Source of the DNA: Mobula hypostoma
Lineage: Eukaryota
Reading direction: 5' to 3'
Length of the DNA: 64,000 bases
Assembly: GCF_963921235.1 (NCBI RefSeq)
Contig: NC_086108.1
Location: forward strand, 117,740,001 to 117,804,000
A model generated the notes under the pieces. That model made no database searches. It saw only the letters and a program-made list of their open reading frames with translations, and had not been told where the DNA came from. Positions within the stretch are counted from its first letter, which is position 1. Every line of letters begins with the position of its first letter. Below are positions 48,581 through 59,749 of the stretch, piece by piece. The translations under genes were made by a program, and so were the position numbers.

Positions 48581-50596
48581 TTAAAACTGTTCACAATACT
48601 CAAGGTGAGGCCTCACCAGTGCTTTACAAAGCCTTAGCATCACATCTCTGCTCTTGTATTCTAGATCTCTTGAAATGAATGTCAACATTGCATTTGCCTT
48701 CCTCCCCAATGACTCTACCTGCAAGTTAACCTTAAGGGTGTTCTGCACAAGGACTCCCAAGTCCCTTTGCATCTCAGACTTTTGGATTTTCTCCCCATTT
48801 AGAAAATAGTCTTCACATTTATTTCTACTACCAATGTGCTTGACCATGCATTTTTCAACATTGTATTTCATTTGCCACTTGCATACCCATTCTCCTAATC
48901 TATCTAAGTTCTTCTGCAGCCTACCTGTTTCCTCAACACTACTTGCCCCTCGACCAATCTTCGTATCAGCTGCAAACTTGGCAACAAAGCCATCTATTCC
49001 ATCATCTAAATCATTTATATACAGCATAAAAGAAGTGATCCCAACACTGACCCCTGCAGAACACCTCTAGTCACTGGCAGACAATTAGATAAGGATCCTT
49101 TTATTCCCACTTGCTGCTTCCTACCAATCAGCCAATGCTCTAACCATGTTAGTAACTTTTTGTAATAACATGGGCTTTTAACATAAGCAGCCTCATGTGT
49201 GGCACCTTATCAAAGGCCTTCTGAAAGTCCAAATATACAACATCAGGAGTTCCAACCCCTTCGTCAGGTAAGATTTTCCCTGAAGTAAACTATGCTGACT
49301 TTGTCCTATGTTGTCCTGTGTCAGCAAGTACTCCATAAACTCATCCTTAACAATTAACTCCCAACATCTTCTCAGACACATAGAGGTCAGGCTAACTAGT
49401 CTGTAATTTCCTTTCTGTTGCCTTCTTCCTTTCTTAAAGAGTGGAGCGACATTTGCAATTTTACAGTCCTCTAGCACCATGCCAGAGTCGAATGATATTG
49501 GAAAGATCATTACTAATGCTTTCTCAAGCTTTAACGCTACCTCTTTCAGAATCCTGGAGTGCAGTTCATCTAGTGTGGGTGACTTATGTACCTTCAAGTC
49601 ATTCAGCCTTTTGAGCACCTTCTGCCTTGTAATAGTAACTATACTCATTTCTCTTCCCTCACACCCTTCATCATCTGGCACACTGATAGTGTCTTCTGCA
49701 GTGAAGACTGATACAAAATGCTCATTTAGTTCATCTGCCATCTCTTTGTCTTTGGACTCATTTTCTAGCGGTTCTATAACCACTGTCACCTCTCTTTTAT
49801 TTTTTAAGTACCTGAAAAAGCTTTTTCTATCCACTTTGATATTGTTTGACAGTTTGCCTTCATGTTTCAACTTTTCCCTCCTAATGGTTCTTTTAGTTCC
49901 TCTCTGTAGGGTTTTAAAAGCTTCCCAATCCTTTATATTCCTGCTAATTTTTGCTTTGTTGTATGCCCTCTCTTTTTCTTTTACATTAGCTTTGACTTCG
50001 CTTGTCAGCCACGGTTGTACTATTTTGCTATTTGAATATTCCTTCTATCCTCCACCTTCCTCATTTTTCCCAGAAACACAAGCCCTTGCTAATCTGCTGT
50101 CATCCCTGCCAGAATCTCCTTCCGATTTATTTTGGCCAACTCCTCTCTCATGCCACAGTAATTTCCTTTACTCCACTGAAATACTGTTACATTAGACTTC
50201 ACTCTCTCCCTATCAAATTTCACGTTGAACTCAATCATATTGTGATCACTGCTTCATCAGGGTTCTTTTACCTTCAGCTCCCGAATCACCTCAGTTTCAT
50301 AACATAACACCCAGTCCAGTGTAGCTGATCTCCTAGTAGGTTCAATGACAAAATGCTCTGAAATGCCATCTTATAGGCATTCAACAAACTCATTCTCTTG
50401 AGAACTATTTCCAACCTGATTTTTCCAATTGACCTGCATGTTGAAATTTCCCATGACTATCCCCATTGTCCTTGTGACAACACCTGTTCTATGTACTGTT
50501 GTAATCTGTGGTCCACATCCCAGTTACTGTTGGGAGTACTGTATTTAACCGCCTTCAGGGTCTTTTTACCCTTGCAGTTTCTTAACAAGAATTCAA
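48581..50596 (-). mobile_element. Degraded CR1 ORF2 fragment
   Basis: Minus-strand LYINDLDDGIDGFVAKF and NYRLVSLTS frames. Confidence 0.85.
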
Positions 50597-53500
50597 CACC
50601 TAAACCCGAAGGGGACCAATATCCTGGTGGGAAAGTTTAATAGAGCTGTTAGGGAGGGTTTAAACTAATTTGGCAGGGGGATGGGAACCGGAATGATAGA
50701 GCGGAGGAAGGGGAAAACAGAAATAAATCTAAGATAGTGAGCAGTAAAGATGTCAGGAAAGACAGGCAGGTGATGGGGCAAATGTGTAGCCATTGGGATG
50801 AGTTACAGTGCAATAAAGTTGCAGTGAAATCAAAGCAAAAAGTATCAAATACTGATCTTAAGGTGTTATACTTAAATGCACGCAGCATAAGGAATAAGGT
50901 GGATGATCTTGTTGTACAGCTACAGATTGGCAGGTATGATATTGTGGCCATCACTGGGACCTGGCTAAAGGATGCATGTCTCTGGGAGCTGAACGTCCAA
51001 GGATACACGGTGTATCGGAAGGATAGGAAGGTAGGCAGAGGGGGAAGCGTGGCTTTATTGGTAAGAAATGATATTAAATCATTAGAAAGAGGTGATATAG
51101 GATCGGAAGGTGAAGAATCTTTATGGGTTGAAATAGGGGTAAAAGGACCCTGATGGCAGTTATTTATAGGCCTCCAAACAGCTGCAGGGATGTGGACTAC
51201 AAATTACAACTGGAAATAGAAATGGCTTGTCGGAAGGGCAGTGTTATGATAATTGTGGGGGATTTTAACATGCGAGTAGATTGGGAAAATCAGGTCAGCA
51301 CTGGATCTCAAGAGAGAGAATTTGTAGAATGTCTGTGAGATGGCTTTTTAGAACAGCTTGTTGTTGAGCCCACTAGGGGATCGGCTGTACTGGATTGGGT
51401 ATTGTGTAATGAACCAGAGGTGTTTGGAGAGATTGAGGTGAAGGAACCCTTAGGAGGCAGTGATCATAACATGATTGAGTTCACTGTGAAATTAGAAAAA
51501 GAGAAGCCGAAGTCTGATGTATTTCAGTGGAGTAAAGGAAATTACAGTGGCATGAGAGAGGAACTGGCCAAAGTTGACTGGAAAGAGACACTGGCGGGAA
51601 AGACAGCAGAGCAGCAGTGGCTGGAGTTTATGCGAGAAATGAGGAATGTGCAAGACAGGTATATTCCAAAAAAGAAGAAATTTTCGAGTGGAAAAAGTAG
51701 GCAACCGTGGTTGACAAGAGAAGTCAAAGCCAAAGTTAATGCAAAAGAGAGGGCTTACAAGGAAGCAAAAATTAGTGGGAAGAGAAAGGATTGGGAAGTT
51801 TTTAAAACCTTACGAAAGGAAACTAAGAAGGTCATTAAGAGGGAAAAGATGAACTATGAAAGGAAGCTAGCAAATAATATTGAAGAGGATACTTAAAGGT
51901 TTTTCAAGTATATAAAGAGTAAAAGACAGGTGAGAGTAGATATAGGACCGATAGAAAATGATGCTGGAGAAATTGTAATGGAAGATGAGGAGATGGCAGA
52001 GGAACTGAATGAGTATTTTGCATCAGTCTTCACTGAGGAAGACATCAGCAGTATACCGGACACTCAAGGGTGGCAGAGAAGAGAAGTGTGCGCAGTCACA
52101 ATTATGACAGAGAAAGTACTCAGGAAGCTGAATAGGCTAAAGGTAGATAAATCTCCTGGACCAGATGGAAAGCACCCTCGTGTTCTGAAGGAAGTAGCTG
52201 TGGAGATTGCGGAGGCATTAGCGATGATCTTACAAAAGTCGATAGATTCTGGCATGGTTCCGGAGGACTGGAGGATTGCAAATGTCACTCCGCTATTTAA
52301 GAAGGGGGCAAGGAAGCAAAAAGGAAATTATAGAGCTGTTAGCTTGACATCCGTGGTGGGAAGTTGTTGGAGTCGATTGTCAAGGATGAGGTTACAGAGT
52401 ACCTGGAGGCATATGACAAGATAGGCAGAACTCAGCATGGACTCCTTAAAGGAAAATCCTGCCTGACAAACCTATTACAATTTTTTGAGGAAATTACCAG
52501 TAGGCTAGACAAGGGAGATGCAGTGGATGTTGTATATTTGGATTTTCAGAAGGCCTTTGACAAGATGCCACACATGAGGCTACTTAACAAGATAAGAGCC
52601 CATGGAATTACGGGAAAGTTACATACGTGGATAGAGCGTTCTGGTTGGCTACCGGTTACCAGTGGTGTTCCGCAGGGATCAGTGTTGGGGCCACTTCTTT
52701 TTACATTGTACATCAACGATTTAGATTATGGAATAGATGGCTTTGTGGCTAAGTTTGCTGACGATACAAAGATAGGTGGAGGGGCCGGTAGTGCTGAGGA
52801 AACGGAGAGTCTGCAGAGAGACTTGGATAGATTAGAAGAATGGACAAAGAAGTGGCAAATGAAGTACAATGTTGGAAAGTGTATGGTTATGCACTTTGGC
52901 AGAAAAAATAAACGGGCAGACTATTATTTAAATGGGGAAAGAATTCAAAGTTCTGAGATGCAATGGGACTTGGGATTCCTCGTACAGGATACCCTTAAAG
53001 TTAACCTCCAGGTTGAGTCAGTAATGAAGAAGGCGAATGCAATGTTGGCATTCATTTCTAGAGGAATAGAGTATAGGAGCAGGGATGTGATGTTGAGGCT
53101 CTATAAGGCGCTGGTGGGACCTCACTTGGAGTACTGTGGGCAGTTTTGGTCTCCTTATTTAAGAAAGGATGTGCTGACATTGGAGAGGGTACAGAGAAGA
53201 TTCACTAGAATGATTCCGGGAATGAGAGGGTTAACATATGAGGAACGTTTGTCTGCTCTTGGACTGTATTCCTTGGAGTTTAGAAGAATGAGGGGAGACC
53301 TCATAGAAACATTTCGAATGTTAAAAGGCATGGACAGAGTGGATGTGGCAAAGTTGTTTCCCATGATGGGGGAGTCTAGTACGAGAGGGCATGACTTAAG
53401 GATTGAAGGGCGCCCTTTCAGAACAGAAATGTGAAGAAATTGTTTTAGTCAGAGGGTGGTGAATCTGTGAAATTTGTTGCCACAGGCAGCAGTGAAGGCC

Positions 53501-53678
53501 AAGTCATTGGGTGTATTGAAGGCAGAGATTGATAGGTATCTGAGTAGCCAGGGCATCAAAAGTTATGGTGAGGAGTGGGACTAAATAGGAGAAAATGGAT
53601 CAGCTCATGATAAAATGGCGGATCAGACTCGATGGGCCGAATGGCCTACTTCTGCTCCTTTGTCTTATGGTCTTATGA
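50597..53678 (+). mobile_element. CR1 (family C), truncated at the ORF1 end, near-complete ORF2, tail
   Basis: HLNPKGTNIL...REGLN*; LNARSIRNK; 356-aa RT frame; TCTTATGGTCTTATG tail. Confidence 0.92.
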
Positions 53679-53679
53679 T

Positions 53680-55530
53680 CTTCTGATGCGCTGCCATATC
53701 TTTCTACTGATTTGATGCCAATTATGTCCCATCATCTGCCTGCCTTCCCTAACAGTCTGACTGCACGCTATCTCTGCTTTTTTTTTACCATCCATCTTCT
53801 GCTGAGTGACTTCACTCCAGTTAACAACCCCTGCCAAATTAGTTTAAACCCTCCCCAACAACTTTGACAAACCTGTCCACAGGAATATTGGTTCCCCTTG
53901 GGTTCAGGTGCAATGGGTCACTTTTGAACGGGTCATATCCCCCCAGAGGAGATCCCAATGATCCAGGAACCTAAAGCCCTGCCCCCTGCACCAGCTTCTC
54001 AGCTTCTCATCCTGTTTCTCAGTCAGGTGGGGCACAGACAGCAATCCAGAAATTACTACCTGGAACCTCCTGCTTCTCAGCTTTCTGCCTAGCTCTCTAA
54101 ATTCTCTTTTCATGACCTCTTTGCTTTTTTCCCTATACCATTGGAATTAATATGTACCAAGACATTTGGCAGCTCACCCTCCCTCTCCAAAATGTTGTGG
54201 ACGCAATCCGAGACATACCTGATCCTGGCACCTGGGAGGCAACATACCATCCAGGTGTCCTGTTCAAGTCCACAGATTCTTCTGTCTGTTCCTCTGACAA
54301 TTGAGTCCCCTATCACTACTGCTCCCCTCTTCCCCCTGTTTCCCCTTCTGCACCAAAGACCTATGTTCAGTGCCCGTAACGCGGTCTCAGTGGTGTTTCC
54401 CTGGGCGGTCATCCTCCACAACAGTATCCAAAGCAGTGTACTTATTATTGAGGGGAATGGACACAGGGGAGCTCTGCTCTAACTGTCTATTCACATCTCC
54501 GTTTCTCCTGACAGTCACCCAGCTACTCTCTCCTGCAACTTAGGGATGACTGCTTCCCTGAAACTCTGATCGATTATCTCCTCACTCTCCCATCCAAGTT
54601 GAAGGTCATCTAGCTACTGCTCCAGAACCCTAAGACGGTTTTTGAAAAGCTACAGCCAGATGCATTTCACACAGATGTAGTTCCCTGGAAGACTCTGGGT
54701 CTCCCAGGACTCCAACATCCAACATGAAGAACACACAACAGCTATTTACTACACTAGGTACAGTAAGAGAGAAAAAAAGGAGGAACCTTAACAAAATCTT
54801 ACCCAGAGTCAATGTCTCTTCTGAGCCGAAGCTTCCTTTGAGTCAAAGCCTGACACTCCTACCTCACCACTGGCCTACTCCCAACAATCACCATCCCGCT
54901 CATCCCTTTGTCTCTTTCAAACAGGCGTTGACGACCTGTGGGAAACTTCATCATTGTGGCCTGCTGCTACCGCTGATTGGGCCGTCAGAATCTATGGCTA
55001 TATGAAAACTTAAGCCCCCATGATCACTGTTCCAAAACTGCACTCCCACTGAAACTCCAATCACCTTGCCAGGATTATTTCTGATACCAGTTTAGTTTGA
55101 CCTCTTGCCCGGTTGAGCTATCTAAATACTGTGTCAAAAAGACCTGCTGGGTGGAGCTAACACATTCTGCTACATCTATTCCTCTGGCACTGAGGGAGTT
55201 ATGGACAGTACTGGGGAAATTAACGGCTCCAACTGAACTATCTATTTGCTTTTATATCTTTCCTTCATCCATTAACATATCCATTTCACTCTGTCCCACT
55301 GACTATTTGGAGGCCTAAAGTATCACCCCATCATATTAATTGTAATATCCCGGTGAACCTTTTCTCCACCCTCTCGAAGCATCTATATTCTTCCTGTATT
55401 GCAGTGACCAGAACTGCAGAAAATTGTCCAAATGTGGCCTGACCAAAGTTCTACACAGCTGCAACATCACTTTGACTGAACCGATGAAGGCAAGCTTGCT
55501 GTACTTACTATCTGCTTCTGTAACCAATTT
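53680..55530 (-). mobile_element. CR1 ORF1/5' region (about 53680-54960) and older CR1 fragments
   Basis: VVIGDSIVRGTDRR and FRFLDHWD remnants; junction GTTTAAAC at 53842. Confidence 0.75.
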
Positions 55531-55775
55531 TAGGGAGTGTTGGACATCATTAATACGGGTATTAATGCACAACAGACATAATCAATACAGTACAGACAAG
55601 GTTTAGAAGTGGTGAGGCGCTCCAGATATGGGCTACAGGTGATAATGTCAGATTATAACACATTGGGGCCATGGGCAATAGCACACTGCAGACTTGGACA
55701 CCATTGCCTATATTTATTTTCTGGGGGATTTCACTGCCTTTGTTGAATTCACCTCATTCTTTTCTCTGTTTCCAG

Positions 55776-55862
55776 GACTTGGCTCAATACGTGAATGAGG
55801 TAAAGCGTGACAGTGAGACCCTTCGAGAGATCACCCAATTTCAGCACTGCATAGATAACCTG
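55776..55862 (+). CDS. VAV3: VAV3-like coding exon (DH end), [29 protein letters not shown]
   Basis: Pyrimidine tract plus TCCAG acceptor, GTGAGT donor, 87 bp. [12 protein letters not shown] is the Vav DH C-terminal helix. Confidence 0.95.
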
Positions 55863-55962
55863 GTGAGTGAGTGAGGGTCAGAACCCTTGACCCACCTCCC
55901 CACCACGTTCTGCTGCCTTTGCTTCTCTAAGCTGTGATTGAGTGACAATATCTGTGTTACAG

Positions 55963-56048
55963 AATCAGCCGCTGGCGTCCTATGGACGGCCCAAGGTAGA
56001 TGGAGAGCTGCGCATACTCACCCTGGATAAACGAGGACGACAGGACCG
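55963..56048 (+). CDS. VAV3: VAV3-like coding exon (PH start), NQPLASYGRPKVDGELRILTLDKRGRQD(R)
   Basis: TACAG acceptor, GTGAGT donor, 86 bp, ends in phase 2. Follows a 100-bp intron. GRPxxDGE motif of the Vav PH domain. Confidence 0.93.
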
Positions 56049-56309
56049 GTGAGTGACAAGGTCCCACTGTTGAGGAGAGAGCTGATCACAGTTACAATGT
56101 GGCTGATAACACAACTGTTAATGTTGCTAGCCTCTAAATGCACACACACTGTGACTATGACTGTGCATACAACAGCTGTATCAAATTTCCTGGAATAGCA
56201 GCTCACTTCCATCTCTGTCGCTCCCTAAATCTCCTGTTGTCCTGTCCTGCCTGTTCACTGATGCAAGGAATAACAAGTGATAGCCAATGTTTGGGGGGGG
56301 GGGGGGTCC

Positions 56310-56489
56310 CTGATGTCACTGTGAACAGCATTGATCTCGGTGATTGCCAGTACACCATAATGTCACTGTGAACATCAGTGGTCTCCACAATTAGCCAGTG
56401 TACCATGATGTCACTGTTAATGGCAGTGATCTCAGTGGTTGCCAGTATACTATGATGTCACTGTGAACAGCAGTGATCTCGGTGATTGC
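56310..56489. repeat. 47-bp minisatellite, left part (about 4 diverged units)
   Basis: TGATGTCACTGTGAACAGCAGTGATCTCGGTGATTGCCAGT-like units. Confidence 0.85.
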
Positions 56490-58610
56490 TATTGCATTAG
56501 AACCTCTTGCAATTGCCTTTCGAGAATCTCCAAATATTACTGGGATAACTCGGGGTTTAAAGTCCCATAAATTATCACTCTATGCTGATGATTTACTTTT
56601 ATATATTTCTAATCCTCAAAAATCCATCCCGGCTGTTTTAGAGTTATTAGCACAATTTGGTCTTTTTTCAGGTTATAAATTAAATCTTAGTAAGAGTGAA
56701 CTCTTTCTGATTAATAAACAACTTCCCTTTTATTATAAATTTCCATTTAAATTGATTAATAATTATTTTTCATATCTTGGGATTAAAATTACTTGTAAAT
56801 ACAAAGATTTATTTAAGACTAACTTTTTACCATTAATAGACCATATTACTCAACTTTCATCTAAATGGTTTCCTTTATATTTAACTTTGATTGGTCATAT
56901 TAATGCAGTTAAGATGTTTTTTTTGCCAAAATTTATATATATATTTCAGGCATTACCAATCTTTGTTCCAAAATCTTTTTTTGACAAAGTTGACTCTAAA
57001 ATTTCTTCATTTATTTGGCAGAATAAAAACCCGAGACTGGGTAAAATACATTTACAGAAAGCTAAGAGAGATGGAGGCTTAGCATTACCTAACTTTAGAT
57101 TTTATTATTGGGCAATTAATATTCGACATATGAAATTCTGGTTACTGGACCAGGATATACTATCCATTCCTAAATGGGTAGTATTGGAATTACAATCTGT
57201 TCAGGGTTTTACACTTGGCTCTATTTTAGGTTCCTCTCTTCCTTTTGATTGGAAACGCCTTAAACAGGTGTCTAACCCGATAGTTAAATATACCTTGCGT
57301 ATTTGGTTTCAATTCAGAAAATTTTTTGATCTTAATCAATTTGGGTTAGCGATTCCTATTTTAGGTAACATATTTTTTCCTCCCTCTTTTACGGATCGTG
57401 CTTTTCAAACTTGGAAGACTAAGGGTATTTCACGGTTTTTGGATTTATTTTTAGATGGTTCCCTTATGTCTTTTGAACAATTATCTAATAAATATAACTT
57501 ATCAAGAATACATTTTTTTAGATATCTACAAGTTAGAAATTTCCTAAGTACTATACTTTCTTCCTTTCCAATGCTTCCTCCTACATACATTTTAGATACT
57601 ATAATCAACCTTAATCCATGTCAGAAAGGTGCATCGGCTATGATTTATAATATTATTATGAAACTTAGGAAAGCTCCATTTGATAAGATTAGGGTAGATT
57701 GGGAACAGGAATTGGGGTTTACCATTTCCGTGGATGACTGGGGGCAGATTTTACAATTAGTCAATACTTCCTCTATCTGTGCTAAACATTCCCTAATTCA
57801 ATTTAAAGTTGTTCATAGAGCACATATGTCCAAAGATAAGTTAGCGCGCTTTTATTCTCATATTAATCCTTTTTGTGATAGATGTCCAGGGCAGATAGCC
57901 TCTTTAACTCATATGTTTTGGTCTTGCCCTACTTTGGAAACTTTTTGGAGAGACATTTTTAATATTATCTCCAAGGTATTGAATATAGATATCTCTCCTT
58001 ACCCTATTACTGCTACCTTTGGACTACCTAAAATTTCCAGTAATCTCTCCCCTTCAGCCCGTAGAATGATTGCATTTCTTACTTTAATGGCGAAAAGATG
58101 TATCTTACAACATTGGAAAGAGCTTAATGCTCCAACTACCTTTTTTTGGTTTTCTCAGACGATATTATGCTTGAATCTGGAGAAAATTAGAAGCAATCTT
58201 TATGACTCCTCATTTAAATTTGAACAGACTTGGAGATCTTTTATTCAATATTTTCATTTAATGTAATATATACCCTTCTTGTTTTTTTCACTGTTTTTAA
58301 TGGAGGTCGGGATTGAGGACGTGATTTTAAGTTTAACTCTGTTTGGTTTCAAGTTAGCCCATTGCTTTGCTTTGCTTTTAGTTAGTTGCACGATTTTTTT
58401 TTGGGGGGGGGGTTTCCTTTTCTCTATTGATATATATATAAAATTAGTATACTATTATGTTACCTTGGTATGTTATGTTTAAATTACATTGTTTGTAGTA
58501 TTTTTTTTGTATTAATATCTTCTGTAATTTTATTATATTCTAACAGTGTATTAGTGTCTATATGGCTTACCTTTTTGTATACTTATTTAATAAAAAGATT
58601 TAAAAAGAAA
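56490..58610 (+). mobile_element. Young 5'-truncated L1-clade LINE with uninterrupted ORF2 3' portion (to 58266), 3'UTR and A-rich tail
   Basis: IALEPLA, KLSLYADDLLLY, YLGI, GGLALPNF, CDRC...LTHMFWSC (CCHC); AATAAA at 58589; tail GATTTAAAAAGAAA; 15-bp duplication GATCTCGGTGATTGC at 56475-56489 / 58611-58625; strongly AT-rich. Confidence 0.93.
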
Positions 58611-59280
58611 GATCTCGGTGATTGCCAGTGCACCAGGATGTCACTGTGAACAGCAGTGATCTCGGTGATTGCCAGTGCACCAGGGTGTCACTGTGAACAG
58701 CAGTGGTCTCCACAATTTGCCAGTGTACTGTGATATCACTGTGAACAGCAGTGGTACCATGATTTGCCAGTGTACCATGATGTCACTGTGAACAGCAGTG
58801 ATCTCAGTGATTGCCAGTGCACCGTGATGTCACTGTGAACAGCAGTGATCTCGGTGATTGCCAGTGCACCGTGATGTCACTGTGAACAGCAGTGATCTCG
58901 GTGATTGCCAGTGCACCGTGATGTCACTGTGAACAGCAGTGACCTCGGTGATTGCCAGTGCACCAGGGTGTCACTGTGAACAGCAGTGGTCTCCACAATT
59001 TGCCAGTGTACTGTGATATCACTGTGAACAGCAGTGGTACCATGATTTGCCAGTGTACCATGATGTCACTGTGAACAGCAGTGATTTCAGTGATTGCCAG
59101 TGCACCGTGATGTCACTGTGAACAGCAGTGATCTCGGTGATTGCCAGTGCACCGTGATGTCACTGTGAACAGCAGTGATCTCGGTGATTGCCAATGCACC
59201 AGGGTGTCACTGTGAACAGCAGTGGTCTCCACAATTTGCCAGTGTACTGTGATGTCACAGTGAACAGCAGTGATCTCAGG
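58611..59280. repeat. 47-bp minisatellite, right part (14 units, higher-order pattern)
   Basis: Period 47-48 bp; variant units GATCTCGG, GGTCTCCAC and GGTACCATG recur in order. Confidence 0.95.
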
Positions 59281-59535
59281 GATCTACCAATGTAGTGCTC
59301 CACCCTATCCTGATACAATGAGACATCAGTCCTCTTGTTACCTCCTCTGTCCTCCACACTCTGGAGAAACATGCAGCTCACACCCTTAGGGTATAACTCA
59401 CATTCCAAGTAGCCTCTCCCCTTATAGAGAGTGTCCTACAGTGCCTGAGGGGAGCTAAAGTGTGATGGAACAAGTCAGTGCTCTTGTATGGAGCTGTCTA
59501 TTTCCGTTGCTGACACATATTCTCTCTTGGTTCAG

Positions 59536-59668
59536 TTACGCCTTTCTGTTCGACAAAGCAGTGATTGTGTGTAAGAGGCGAGGAGACATCTATGAAATGA
59601 AGGAAATTATCGACCTGTGCAGCTACAAGATCACCAACAATCCAACCACAGATAAGGAAAACAAGAAG
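59536..59668 (+). CDS. VAV3: VAV3-like coding exon (PH domain), (R)YAFLFDKAVIVCKRRGDIYEMKEIIDLCSYKITNNPTTDKENKK
   Basis: TTCAG acceptor, GTATGT donor, 133 bp. The first base completes the CG-T Arg codon from the previous exon. YEMKEIIDL...NNPTTDKENKK favours VAV3 over VAV1/VAV2. Confidence 0.95.
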
Positions 59669-59749
59669 GTATGTGAATTACTGGTGCTCCGTGTTATCAA
59701 CTCTCTTTGCCAGGAACCGCACTCTACTTTCTTCACTAATTACCCCCTC

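Noticed and set aside
58611..59280. Constant block alternating with variable segments (CRISPR-like look)
   Set aside because: The variable parts are recurring variants of one 47-bp unit, not unique spacers.
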